52,898 nucleotides of DNA, from positions 1 to 52,898 of IMG/VR virus record IMGVR_UViG_3300020468_000009. One strand, 5' to 3'. This document shows positions 9,893 to 19,600 of the stretch, piece after piece. The notes below the pieces were generated by a model. It saw only the letters and a list, made by a program, of their open reading frames with translations, ran no database searches and had not been told where the DNA came from. The stretch is from a virus. Lineage: Duplodnaviria; Caudoviricetes. The translations under genes and the position numbers were made by a program. The number at the start of each line of letters is the position of its first letter. The first letter of the stretch is position 1.

Positions 9893-10225
9893 CTAACTAT
9901 GTCTAAAGTGTAATGTTAAACTTCTATCTGCTGCTTCATTTCCGTCAGATGTAATTCTAATGTAACCATTGCTAGCAAAAGCCCAACCTGATGGGTCAAC
10001 TCTTAAAATGTCTCCAGCTGAAACTGTATAAGTTACATCAGTTCCATCTGTTTCTTTTACATCAACCCAAGTGCTATTGTCCATTGCGAAGTCAAATGAA
10101 ATATTAGAACCTGTCATTGCTGCTGGAAATTGTATACCACAAAGTAACATTCCTTCAGTTTGTACTCCAAGAGAGTTGCTGTTATCTGCAGAAATATCTA
10201 TTAAACATGTTTTTGATTTAATCAT
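9893..10225 (-). CDS. Small beta-rich virion protein (possible decoration protein)
   Basis: 110-aa ORF right after the major capsid gene. Confidence 0.55.
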   Translation of the reverse strand: MIKSKTCLIDISADNSNSLGVQTEGMLLCGIQFPAAMTGSNISFDFAMDNSTWVDVKETDGTDVTYTVSAGDILRVDPSGWAFASNGYIRITSDGNEAADRSLTLHFRHS

Positions 10226-10243
10226 ATCTTCCTTACTATAGCA

Positions 10244-10274
10244 GAAGAAAAGGGTGGAGGTGGAGTTCCACCCT
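10244..10274 (-). terminator. Rho-independent terminator after the major capsid gene
   Basis: Minus strand AGGGTGGA-actccacc-TCCACCCT followed by TTTCTTC. Confidence 0.7.
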
Positions 10275-10290
10275 AATCTTCAATATTAAA

Positions 10291-11418
10291 TTATGCTACT
10301 GCTTGAATTTTGCAGTGATATGAAGGAGGTCCGAACTCGAATCCCATCTCCATATAAATTGCTTTTCCAATTCTAGCGTTTGCATCTTGGTCAATGTCAC
10401 GTACGAACACAGTTCCATATCCAGGGATATTGGTAAATACTGGTTGTACATAAGCTAAGTCTAAGATGAAAGCAGTTCCTGTTGGTATAATATCAGGGTC
10501 AATAACCATCAATCCGATTGAACCGAATGGTGTAATGACTGTATCAATGTCAACTCCTGCAACATTTCTATCTCTAGGAATAATTGCACCTGCTATATCA
10601 ACTGTACCTTTAACAAGTTCATTGTTAAGGTCTAGTAATTGTTTTGGACTAACAGCAAGAACAGGTTGTGTCATTGGTGCATGGTTGTCATACATTCTCT
10701 TTAACGCACCTGAAATGGTGGCGAAAGAGATGACTTGTGCTGAACCAGTTCCGTCACCTGAAGAGTCATTGTAGAAACAGTTACCGCCTAATGGGTTAAC
10801 TGCTGCTGAGTTGTCTGCGTTCTTGCCTATGGAAATCCATACGTCAAGACCGTACATTTCTCTAGTTCCTGACCCAGGTGTTACGTTAGCACCATCTGAG
10901 AAAGAACCATTGAATGCGAACCACTCAACTTCTCTTGCTACTTTTTCCATTGCTTTTTCCATTTGGAAAGCAAATTCGTCTGCCACTGGGCTACCACCAA
11001 AGAAAGCCAATTTGTCTGCAGCTGTTGTTGTTCCGTCTCCATCGGAGGTGTTTACAATGTTAGCTGACAAATCAAATGGGTTTTGATTAGCAGTAGATGC
11101 CAAAGCGGTATATGTCATTTGTACACCCTTGTGAAAGATTTGTGTTACATAGGTATATGCAGCCCTGTCTCTTCCAAGATATTCTGTAGGTGTTGCACCT
11201 TCTTGTCCTTTAGTAGGCTCGGCTGAAATGGTTGCATTATCTTCTACTTGGACTTGCCAATATGTAGAGCTAATACTTTTACCACCATTCAAACCACCAA
11301 CTGCGGATAGTAAAGGTGTTCTTTGACCACCAACTTTGAACAATTCACCAGCGAAGTTATTAATTGTTTGTGCATAAATACTGTTGTTCGTTAAAGAACC
11401 ACCTTGTATTGCTGGCAT
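10291..11418 (-). CDS. Major capsid protein (SU10/DUF5309-like)
   Basis: TPLLSAVG, YVTQIFHKGVQMT, AREVEWFAFNG, REMYGL, VITPFGSI, GFEFG; preceded by scaffold and followed by terminator; strong RBS. Confidence 0.85.
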   Translation of the reverse strand: MPAIQGGSLTNNSIYAQTINNFAGELFKVGGQRTPLLSAVGGLNGGKSISSTYWQVQVEDNATISAEPTKGQEGATPTEYLGRDRAAYTYVTQIFHKGVQMTYTALASTANQNPFDLSANIVNTSDGDGTTTAADKLAFFGGSPVADEFAFQMEKAMEKVAREVEWFAFNGSFSDGANVTPGSGTREMYGLDVWISIGKNADNSAAVNPLGGNCFYNDSSGDGTGSAQVISFATISGALKRMYDNHAPMTQPVLAVSPKQLLDLNNELVKGTVDIAGAIIPRDRNVAGVDIDTVITPFGSIGLMVIDPDIIPTGTAFILDLAYVQPVFTNIPGYGTVFVRDIDQDANARIGKAIYMEMGFEFGPPSYHCKIQAVA

Positions 11419-11441
11419 TTTAATCTCCTCTTATAAATTGT

Positions 11442-11924
11442 TTACTTGTCTTGTTCTTTAAGAGTATCTAACATACGCAATTTTGCATTGATAGAATCTC
11501 TTGTACTTGTGTTGGAATCATTAATGAAGTTGTTGAACTCTTGTGATATATCAACAGGCTCAGCATTAACACCAAGTTTATTAAGCTGTTCAACTCTTCC
11601 TTGAGCTTCAGTAACATTATCTGCAACTTTGTTTTCAACGATAGGTTCAGCATTAATAGCATCACCAAACTCATTACTAACAAAATCTTTGATATCATTT
11701 ACATTCATATCTCCATCGTAAAGTTTTGTTACAGCTTTTCCGATACCTTTGTCAGCTTCTAAACCTAATGACTCTAATGCAGTATTCATGGCTTGTGCCT
11801 TGAATGCTTTGTTCTCAGCTTTAAGTTTTTTAAACTCATCTCTAAGTTGCTTTATATTGTCATTAGAATCTAAAACTTCTTCAATTTTATCTTCTGTAGC
11901 TTGGTCTAATTTATTTTCTTCCAT
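11442..11924 (-). CDS. Capsid scaffolding protein
   Basis: Acidic coiled coil (NIKQLRDEFKKLKAENKAFK) just upstream of capsid; start probably 11924 (GGAG RBS). Confidence 0.7.
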   Translation of the reverse strand: MEENKLDQATEDKIEEVLDSNDNIKQLRDEFKKLKAENKAFKAQAMNTALESLGLEADKGIGKAVTKLYDGDMNVNDIKDFVSNEFGDAINAEPIVENKVADNVTEAQGRVEQLNKLGVNAEPVDISQEFNNFINDSNTSTRDSINAKLRMLDTLKEQDK

Positions 11925-11929
11925 TATTT

Positions 11930-12099
11930 TCTCCGTTTTCTCTAGCATATAAAGAATCCCATATACATAATCGCTAGGTAATTAAAGGGATTTCACAAGG
12001 ATTTATGAATATCAAACAACACACCTTGGTTGTGTCATCGCGTTTGCAGCCCTATATTTAGTGTGCCGAATCCTGCCAGGCACTACATCTAGTATAGCA
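11930..12099 (-). promoter_or_regulatory. Extended -10 promoter (TGCTATACT, 12091-12099) plus structured 5' leader of scaffold/capsid operon
   Basis: Minus-strand pairings GTGCC/GGCAC, GACAC/GTGTT, AATCCC/GGGATT, CTAGC/GCTAG. Confidence 0.5.
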
Positions 12100-12102
12100 G
12101 GT

Positions 12103-13176
12103 TTACTGTTCTGTCAAGCCAGTTACAGCACCTTGTCTATTTTGTCTAGCACCTGTTGCTGCTGCACTAGCTGATTCTGCTTGTGCTGATAATGAACCTA
12201 CTTGGTCCATAAAATCAGTATCTGGTGCTGCACCAAACTCTGCAAATTCTAATGCGGAGTATGTTTCATCAGGTCTATTAAATCTTCTTGCTAATCTTGA
12301 TGCTGTGATTGCTCTAGCAGATGCTGTTTCAAATTCTCCAGCTGCTCTTTGTGCAGTAATACCACCACCAATTAATCTTTGTACTGCATCAAAATCTATA
12401 TCTTCTCCAGTTACTCTTTCAAAAGTTGCACTTATCTGTGATACATTTAATCTTCTATTTAATATTTGTGCATTTACTTCTGGGTCTATAGCCAAAGCAA
12501 CAAGTGTTGAAGCTTTTGGTTCTACAAACTCACCAAGTTCTTGTGAGTAATATTGTTGATATTGCCCAAGAATTTGTGATTTTTGGTCATCAGGAACAGC
12601 GTCTATTGTTTGTTGTACTGCACTTAATCTCTGTCTCATTTCATCAGGTGAAACATTGTTAGCTAATAGTTTTGGAAATACTGTATTAATATTTTCTTTT
12701 GCATAACCACCTAAATTAAATTCATTAAAATGTACAATCACAGCTTCTTTATTTTGCAGATACTGTGCCTCTGTCATTCTTAAAGAACCATCTGTTCTTT
12801 GTATACCCTCAAACATTTCATTGTATTCTGGTGCTCTACGCATAGCAGCTAAGGCAAAGGTTTCTTTTCCTGATTGAATATACCCATCAACATAAGCTTT
12901 TATAAGTTTTTCACCTCTTTGTGGGTCTAACTTTGTAATGTAAGGTAATAATACTTTTGCTTGTTCTACTGTAAAATTAGCAGAAAAAGAATCTTGTAAA
13001 GTACTCTCTGGTTCTGCAGAGGTATTACCTTTAAAATTTGCTCCTCCAGCTGTATAAGATGCTGCTTCTGCTTCAGCAAAGTTTGTTGTATATCCACCAT
13101 CTCTAATCATTATTTTTGCACGCTCTGAATCTACTTCATAACCTTCAAGAAAATCTTTTCTATATACTTTTACCAC
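12103..13176 (-). CDS. Putative internal virion (ejection) protein
   Basis: 357 aa, helical, Ala/Gln-rich; last gene of the internal-protein block. Confidence 0.5.
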   Translation of the reverse strand: MVKVYRKDFLEGYEVDSERAKIMIRDGGYTTNFAEAEAASYTAGGANFKGNTSAEPESTLQDSFSANFTVEQAKVLLPYITKLDPQRGEKLIKAYVDGYIQSGKETFALAAMRRAPEYNEMFEGIQRTDGSLRMTEAQYLQNKEAVIVHFNEFNLGGYAKENINTVFPKLLANNVSPDEMRQRLSAVQQTIDAVPDDQKSQILGQYQQYYSQELGEFVEPKASTLVALAIDPEVNAQILNRRLNVSQISATFERVTGEDIDFDAVQRLIGGGITAQRAAGEFETASARAITASRLARRFNRPDETYSALEFAEFGAAPDTDFMDQVGSLSAQAESASAAATGARQNRQGAVTGLTEQ

Positions 13177-14519
13177 TATAAACTCCTAACTACTGGACCA
13201 CCTAATGACTTATTCATAAGGTCTGCTACGCTATACCCAAAAAATTCATTACCTGTATCATAGGCATTTTGTCTAAAGTTTATAGCTGATGTATTGTAAT
13301 CATTTTGAAACTGTGATAAAAAGAAATCTGATTCTTCATCTGGTGATTCTCCATAGATTGAAGCATAAAGTTTTATATAAGGTGCTGCTACTTTATTGTA
13401 GTTTAAACCTTTTCCTGCAAATCTTTCAAAGTATGGATTGTTGTCAAATAAATTTTGATAGTATGCATTTACGCTTTCTTCTCCTTCAGTTGCAAATAAC
13501 ATAGCACCTTTTCTTTTATCTGCTTCTGATAACCCATTAAATGCACCTGCACCTAAATATGAAATACCTTTTGCATTGTTTTTATTGTTATAAATAAAGT
13601 CAGATAAATCTAATCCAGAACTATCTGCAGTCAACTTTGTTTGCTGATTTTTAAACAAATTATAAAATGGACTGTCAACAGCCACTTCATATCCATCAAT
13701 GTTCTCTACATAACCTAAAAATTTAGGAAGTAGTGCAACAGAAATTTGTCCTTCCACAGCTCTTTGCAATAGCTGCTCATATAGTTCTGGATTGTCTTTT
13801 TTGTAGTCACTTGGATTAATACCTAATCTAACAAAAGCTCCATCAAGTTGTGTTGCTCTTGTTTCACGTAAAGCTAATAACTTTTGATTTGGCTTTCCGT
13901 TTATTGTGTAACCTTCAGTTCCTAATGCATTTAAATATTGTATTGTTTCTGTTGTATAAGGTGCTTGTATTTCTAATAATCTTGGGTCATCTTCTGATAT
14001 TGGTGTGCCATTTATAATAAAATCAAATAATAATTCCATACCTGGATAATCTGTATTACCATCTTCATCTACTACTGCATCAAAAAACCAAGGAGCTACA
14101 TCTTCATAAAGTAGTATTCTGTCATCAAATGTTTCTCCTGGACTCCAGTTGTCTAGATTTGCATACTTACCAGATATATCACCAACCATAAGAACATCTT
14201 CACCTAACAATATTCCAGGTGCTGTTGTAACTGCTCTTGGTCCTACTCTTTTATTTCCTGCAATCGTATCGCCAAAACCATAAGGGTTATATTTTTTTCC
14301 AGCATTGTATGCTAAGTAAGAAGTTCCTTGTGGTTCATCAAGAGTAGAAGATATATCCCAAAGAAAATAATAAAAGTCTCCATCATAATAAACTTCTTCA
14401 GGTGTAGGTTTATTTGAATACGAAAATATACCAGCACTTGCTGTATTTACTTCTGTGTTATCAGAAGTTTTAAAATCTGCTAAAGTATCTACAGTAGGTT
14501 CTGCTGTATTTTCAGACAT
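13176..14519 (-). CDS. Putative internal virion protein
   Basis: 447-aa ORF with overlapping start/stop coupling in the structural operon. Confidence 0.5.
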   Translation of the reverse strand: MSENTAEPTVDTLADFKTSDNTEVNTASAGIFSYSNKPTPEEVYYDGDFYYFLWDISSTLDEPQGTSYLAYNAGKKYNPYGFGDTIAGNKRVGPRAVTTAPGILLGEDVLMVGDISGKYANLDNWSPGETFDDRILLYEDVAPWFFDAVVDEDGNTDYPGMELLFDFIINGTPISEDDPRLLEIQAPYTTETIQYLNALGTEGYTINGKPNQKLLALRETRATQLDGAFVRLGINPSDYKKDNPELYEQLLQRAVEGQISVALLPKFLGYVENIDGYEVAVDSPFYNLFKNQQTKLTADSSGLDLSDFIYNNKNNAKGISYLGAGAFNGLSEADKRKGAMLFATEGEESVNAYYQNLFDNNPYFERFAGKGLNYNKVAAPYIKLYASIYGESPDEESDFFLSQFQNDYNTSAINFRQNAYDTGNEFFGYSVADLMNKSLGGPVVRSL

Positions 14520-15244
14520 TATCTCCTCATCGCTTCTAATATTGAGTCACTCAATATACCTTTTAGTTTAATCGAAGCTTTCCAAGCTCGTTGTTTTTTT
14601 CTAAGTTCAGCTTCTGTAAATACTATTCTTTTATCTTTTGGTATAGGTTTACCATCTACAAGTAATCTACCTGTACCAGGTTCTCTATCTGGTGTATAGA
14701 GCCTATCAGGGTCTACAGCATCTGGTGGTATATTTAGTTCATCTATCTTCTCGTATGTGTATTGTCTTGCATAATCAATGAATTGTGGTGTTCTTGGATT
14801 AGTAACAAAACTATCCCAAGTAGACCAGTTGTCATATCCATTTGCACTTTGCAAGACAATCAAATATGCTTTAGCTGCTAATGTTGGATTTTCTGATATT
14901 AGTTCACTTAGCTTAGGTCCATCAATATCTCGAAACTCAGGGACAAATTTATTATTTATAACTGTAACATCTACAGCACTTGTATCTTTACCCCAAGTTG
15001 TTTCATAAATTTGAGCTGGAGAATAAGATTTTTCTTCTCCTATAGCTTTTCCCATGCCTGGACCATCTTTATCAACTTGATTACCTTTCCTCCATTCAGC
15101 AGCAGATATAGCAATCATATTGTGTAAAACTTGTAAATCTTCTGATGGGTCTAAATCTAATGGCATACCTGCTTCTTTTAATTCAACTGCTGCAGCTACT
15201 ATTTCATTTATCCAATCTATCCATGGAATTTGTTCTCCATCCAT
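14519..15244 (-). CDS. Putative virion-associated lytic transglycosylase (SLT-like)
   Basis: MIAISAAE (catalytic Glu-like), SYSPAQIY, NPTLAAKAYLIV, GYDNWSTW resemble degenerate SLT motifs. Confidence 0.5.
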   Translation of the reverse strand: MDGEQIPWIDWINEIVAAAVELKEAGMPLDLDPSEDLQVLHNMIAISAAEWRKGNQVDKDGPGMGKAIGEEKSYSPAQIYETTWGKDTSAVDVTVINNKFVPEFRDIDGPKLSELISENPTLAAKAYLIVLQSANGYDNWSTWDSFVTNPRTPQFIDYARQYTYEKIDELNIPPDAVDPDRLYTPDREPGTGRLLVDGKPIPKDKRIVFTEAELRKKQRAWKASIKLKGILSDSILEAMRR

Positions 15245-16695
15245 TATCGACCAGCACTAAATGCAGCAACAAGTCTTGCTGTTCCTTCTTTTCTAGCTTG
15301 GTCAACTTGATTTGATTCTATTAGTTCTCCATAAGTAGATAGTATGTATTTATTAAGTTCATACTCAAATGCATTACTTACATCATCTGATGACATAGCT
15401 GATTGTATTTCATATTGTTTATCAGGCAAATTGTACTTCTTTCTTCTCAAAGCATCTTCTTGAGCTTGTCTTAATTGATTAGCATTGAGTCTATATGAAT
15501 CACGAGCTTCTTGATTTAGTTCTTTTATTTTATTATTTGCCCAATCTTGTATTGCATATACAGATAAATCACTACTTGGTAATCCAACTGATGTTATTGC
15601 ATTTTCTATTTGTTGATTAAGTAGTCCTGGTTTTGGTATATAAACTATATCTGGTCCTGTAAATATAGGATTTGTATCTGTAAATTTTATACCATCTAAA
15701 CTATCTAAATAAAAATCTCTTACAAATCCTAAGAAAGCTGCATTGTTTCCACCAGATGCTATTGCAATATCTTCTAAATCATTTGTATCTATCCCAAATT
15801 CTGTTTTAGGATTCATGTAATAAAAAGATTGTTGAACAGCAGCTTGTGTTGCTTCATCATATCTTCCTTCAGCAAAACTATTTGCTTCTAAAAATCCTGC
15901 TTGTACTAATGCAAGTTGGAAGTCAATTACTCTCTCCGATGGTAAATTTTCTAAAAATCCAACTTCTAAACCTGCATTATATAGTGGTGTAAGATTTTGA
16001 TTATTTGCTGTATCTCTGTATGTATCTAAAGCAAATGGGTCATTTGATAAACCATAATATCCAATATCACTTCCCTGTGCAAAACCTAATTCATATTCAT
16101 ATGCTCCTGTAAGTAGTTCTTCATTATTTGCAATTTGGTCTATTTCAGCAAAAGCATTCATTAATTTATTTACATTGCCATCTTCTGTATATTGTTTGTA
16201 TGCTGCGTCTCTAAGTTCTTCTGGAGAAGGTTTTTCTTCTTCTTTAACTCTAGCTCTTGATGTTTCTGCAACTCTTTGAGTAATGTTAGAATATGATACT
16301 TGTGCTTCTTCAACACTATCTCCAGCAATTAAACCAGCAGCTTCTCTTTCTGCATCTATTTCATCAGGAGTTCTATCTTCTAATGCACCGTCTGCAACGC
16401 CTTGTTTAAAGTTATTTACACCTTCAGATAATCCTTGACCCATAACATAACCAAAGTATGCTTCACCTGTCATACCAAGCATTTCAGGATTACCAAATTC
16501 TTCAAAGATATCGTCTGCTAATTCATCAGGTAATGAATCAAAAAAGTTAGCAATCTTTTGACCAAGCAAAGAACCTATAAAAGATTCTGGACTTTGTCCT
16601 AAATAAGCAGGGTCAACTGCAGTAAATCCAGATGCTTTAGTCTCTGACCATGCTCTTCCTAATCTGTAAAAAAGACCTTTTTTCTTTTTATTCAT
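15244..16695 (-). CDS. Putative internal virion protein with peptidoglycan-binding-like motif
   Basis: VIDFQLALVQAGFL...EGRYDEATQAAVQQ matches the PG_binding_1 pattern. Confidence 0.55.
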   Translation of the reverse strand: MNKKKKGLFYRLGRAWSETKASGFTAVDPAYLGQSPESFIGSLLGQKIANFFDSLPDELADDIFEEFGNPEMLGMTGEAYFGYVMGQGLSEGVNNFKQGVADGALEDRTPDEIDAEREAAGLIAGDSVEEAQVSYSNITQRVAETSRARVKEEEKPSPEELRDAAYKQYTEDGNVNKLMNAFAEIDQIANNEELLTGAYEYELGFAQGSDIGYYGLSNDPFALDTYRDTANNQNLTPLYNAGLEVGFLENLPSERVIDFQLALVQAGFLEANSFAEGRYDEATQAAVQQSFYYMNPKTEFGIDTNDLEDIAIASGGNNAAFLGFVRDFYLDSLDGIKFTDTNPIFTGPDIVYIPKPGLLNQQIENAITSVGLPSSDLSVYAIQDWANNKIKELNQEARDSYRLNANQLRQAQEDALRRKKYNLPDKQYEIQSAMSSDDVSNAFEYELNKYILSTYGELIESNQVDQARKEGTARLVAAFSAGR

Positions 16696-19600
16696 TAATA
16701 CTCCATTGGTGTAAATACATCAGTAAACTCTTCTTCTACTTCAAACCTAAGTATATCATCATAAACATAGTAGAAATCTGGAAACTGTGAAAATAGTTCT
16801 TGTGCTTTTCTTCTTAACACTTCTCTAAAATATGTATATTCTTGTCTTTTAAGTGTTGCTCTTGGTCCATCTCTTCTTTGTATTTGTGCAAGAACACTAT
16901 CTCTTATTTCTAAATATGATACTAAACCTTGCATTGATGGCAATTCTTTTAATAACATTGTCTCTCCATTAGGAAGATTAACTGTTCTTTCACCTTCATT
17001 TTGTATCATGTTTATAAGTTGCAATCTTTTTGATTCTGCATCAATAGCTTTTGCAGTAGTAGATGTCTGTCCATAGCCAGGATATTCTTGACGTAATGCC
17101 ATTCTATAATCTGTAAGTATTTCATATTTTCTTTCAGGAGTTAGATTTCTATGTGCTCCTGACTCAAATAACAATCTTCTTTGATATTCATAGGCTAATC
17201 TACCTTGTGCTTGTCTTACAGCTGTAACATATTCATCTTCGGATAAATCTACTCTATCTCTATCTGCAAATGAATCAGCCCAAGCAACAAAACTAAATTC
17301 ATCAAGTGGGTTATCTGGAAATAAGTAATATCCAACATCTGGATATATATTTAAAATTTCTTCATTATCTCTACCAAATTTGACACCTTCATCTGTATAA
17401 CTTCTTTTCTTAATCTCTTTTGATTTAGAAACTAATAATGCTGTAGGGTCTAATCCAAACTGATTTACAAATTCTTTTGTAGCAAGAACTTGGTCTCCAC
17501 CATACTTAGAAAGTATTCTATAATACGCATCTGTAAGAATAGACATTCCATAAAAATGATGTTTAGGGTCATCACCTTTTGTTTGTAAAGGGTCTACGAA
17601 TAGTTGTCCACCTGGTGCAACTTCTATATCATATCTTATTACTGCACCTGTAGGAGCAGCAAACTGTATAAATGTTCTTGCTGCAGTTAAAAACATAGCT
17701 GTCTTTTTAGCTTCTTCTAACATTCTTGCTTGTTTAGCTGGTGTAGAATCATCATACAATCCTGTAGTAACAAACATTTTAATTACATCTTTGTATACGT
17801 TAGCAAATCCTCTTTGCATATCAGGGTCTGATGCACCCATAGACATTGCTTTTTTTGCCCATGAAGGTATTAATGCATTTGCATATGTAGCTGGACTTAA
17901 TGCACTCTTTGTTTCTCTTCCATATGGAAAAAATACTTTATCTATTAGTTCTGTTTCAGGTAATATCTTAGACGCTGGTATTCCAACTAATGGTCCAAGA
18001 CCAGGAGCAGGATTACCTACAATCATATTCAAAGATGATACATAACCTTTTAGATTTATTTTTGCATCTGGTGCTGCAAGTTCTTCACCTGTTACAGGAT
18101 TTTTAATTGTTCTTGAATCTCTATTTCCTTCAAACATCCAGTTTGTTAAGAACTCTGAACCAGGAAAGAAAAACATTTCTTCTCCTGTCATTGCATCTGT
18201 GTGAAAGAATCCTTCGTCATCATTATTTAAATCAGCTTTTCTTGCACCATCAATACCTCGTGTTATTTTTCTTGTTGCTAAGAATTTCTTTTGATTCAAT
18301 AATCTTGACCAAGTTCCCATAATCTCTATATATACTTCTGCGAAAGGAAAAGCTAGACGTAACATATCAGATACAACATGTCTTCTATTTAAATCATAAA
18401 GTAATGATTGTGTTTCTGATAATGCGTAGGCTTTTGCTGTTTCATCTAGTGTATCTAAATCTGCAATTCTTAAGAGTTTACCTTCATCAGCTGAAACTTT
18501 TCCTGTTGTATCTAATTGTTTAATAAAACTTTTTGGCAAGTTAGATGCTTGTGCTTGTTGTTTAATTTGTTTTCTAAGTCCATCATCAAAATATGCAATG
18601 TTAGTTTCCATAAATCTCCAATAGAATTGTCTAAATGCAGGAGAACGTGAAAGTCTATTTGTAGGTGCTGACATAACAATACTAAACAATCTTTCTACAG
18701 CAGCATCATAGGAACTTACTCTTTCTCCATCCATATCAAATACAGATTTTTTCATTACGTGTATTGGTTTATAAGGGTCTTTTTTAGCTAACCACTTTGT
18801 ATATGTTTTTTTATTACCAATACTTGCTTTTCTTCCTATAGCTACAGTTTTACCATCAATATCTACAAGTATTGCTTTGTCATCAACAGCATTTATACCT
18901 TTAGATATATGCTCTAATAATTCTGCATCTCCAGTTGTAACAAGTTCAAACTCTATTTCTGATTGTGGAGATTTTCTAATTCTTTTCATTCCTTCCATAT
19001 CTTCAAATACTATACGTGTACCATCTGGTTTAACTTCTGTAACTTTATATGAACCACCTGTTTTGTAATGAACTCTAGCTGCAACCGAATCAATATAATC
19101 ATCAGCCCATTTTCTATCATTTAATATTTTAATTTTTTGATACTTACCTGCTTCATCAGACCCATAAGCTAAAGCTGTTCTCCAACTACTCAAATCTCCA
19201 TCTTCATTCCAAAATCTATCTTTTATATTTTGTAGTCCAGATTTTATATCATCAACTCCACCTTTAAGTGTTGCTATTTCTGCAGCAATAGGGTCATCTA
19301 CTAATTGAAATATTTCTGAGACTGCAGCTCCGTGATATCCTTTATCTCCTTTTTGAACTTCTTTGAATGCAAAAGTTCTTTTAAGTTTATCACCATCTAA
19401 AATTCCACTGTGTGACATAGACATACTTGATTTATGATAAATACTATCTGCTAATATTTCATTGTCTCTAATACCAAACATACCTCTTTGTATGGTTCTA
19501 TCTATATCTAGGTCTTCATATCCTCTTACTCTTCTTAAAACAGATTGTCTATCTTTTCCTAATATCCAAGCAAATGCTGATAGAGGATGTGTAAATACAT

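Larger units (their letters stand above)
1383..10917. repeat. ~9.5 kb direct repeat, copy 1 (offset 41,183 bp)
   Basis: ORF translations identical to those at +41,183; nucleotide differences seen only outside these approximate bounds (not checked base by base). Confidence 0.9.

Noticed and set aside
1-11715. True long terminal repeat of a linear genome
   Set aside because: Both edges of the repeat are divergent alleles, which fits two genotypes rather than terminal redundancy
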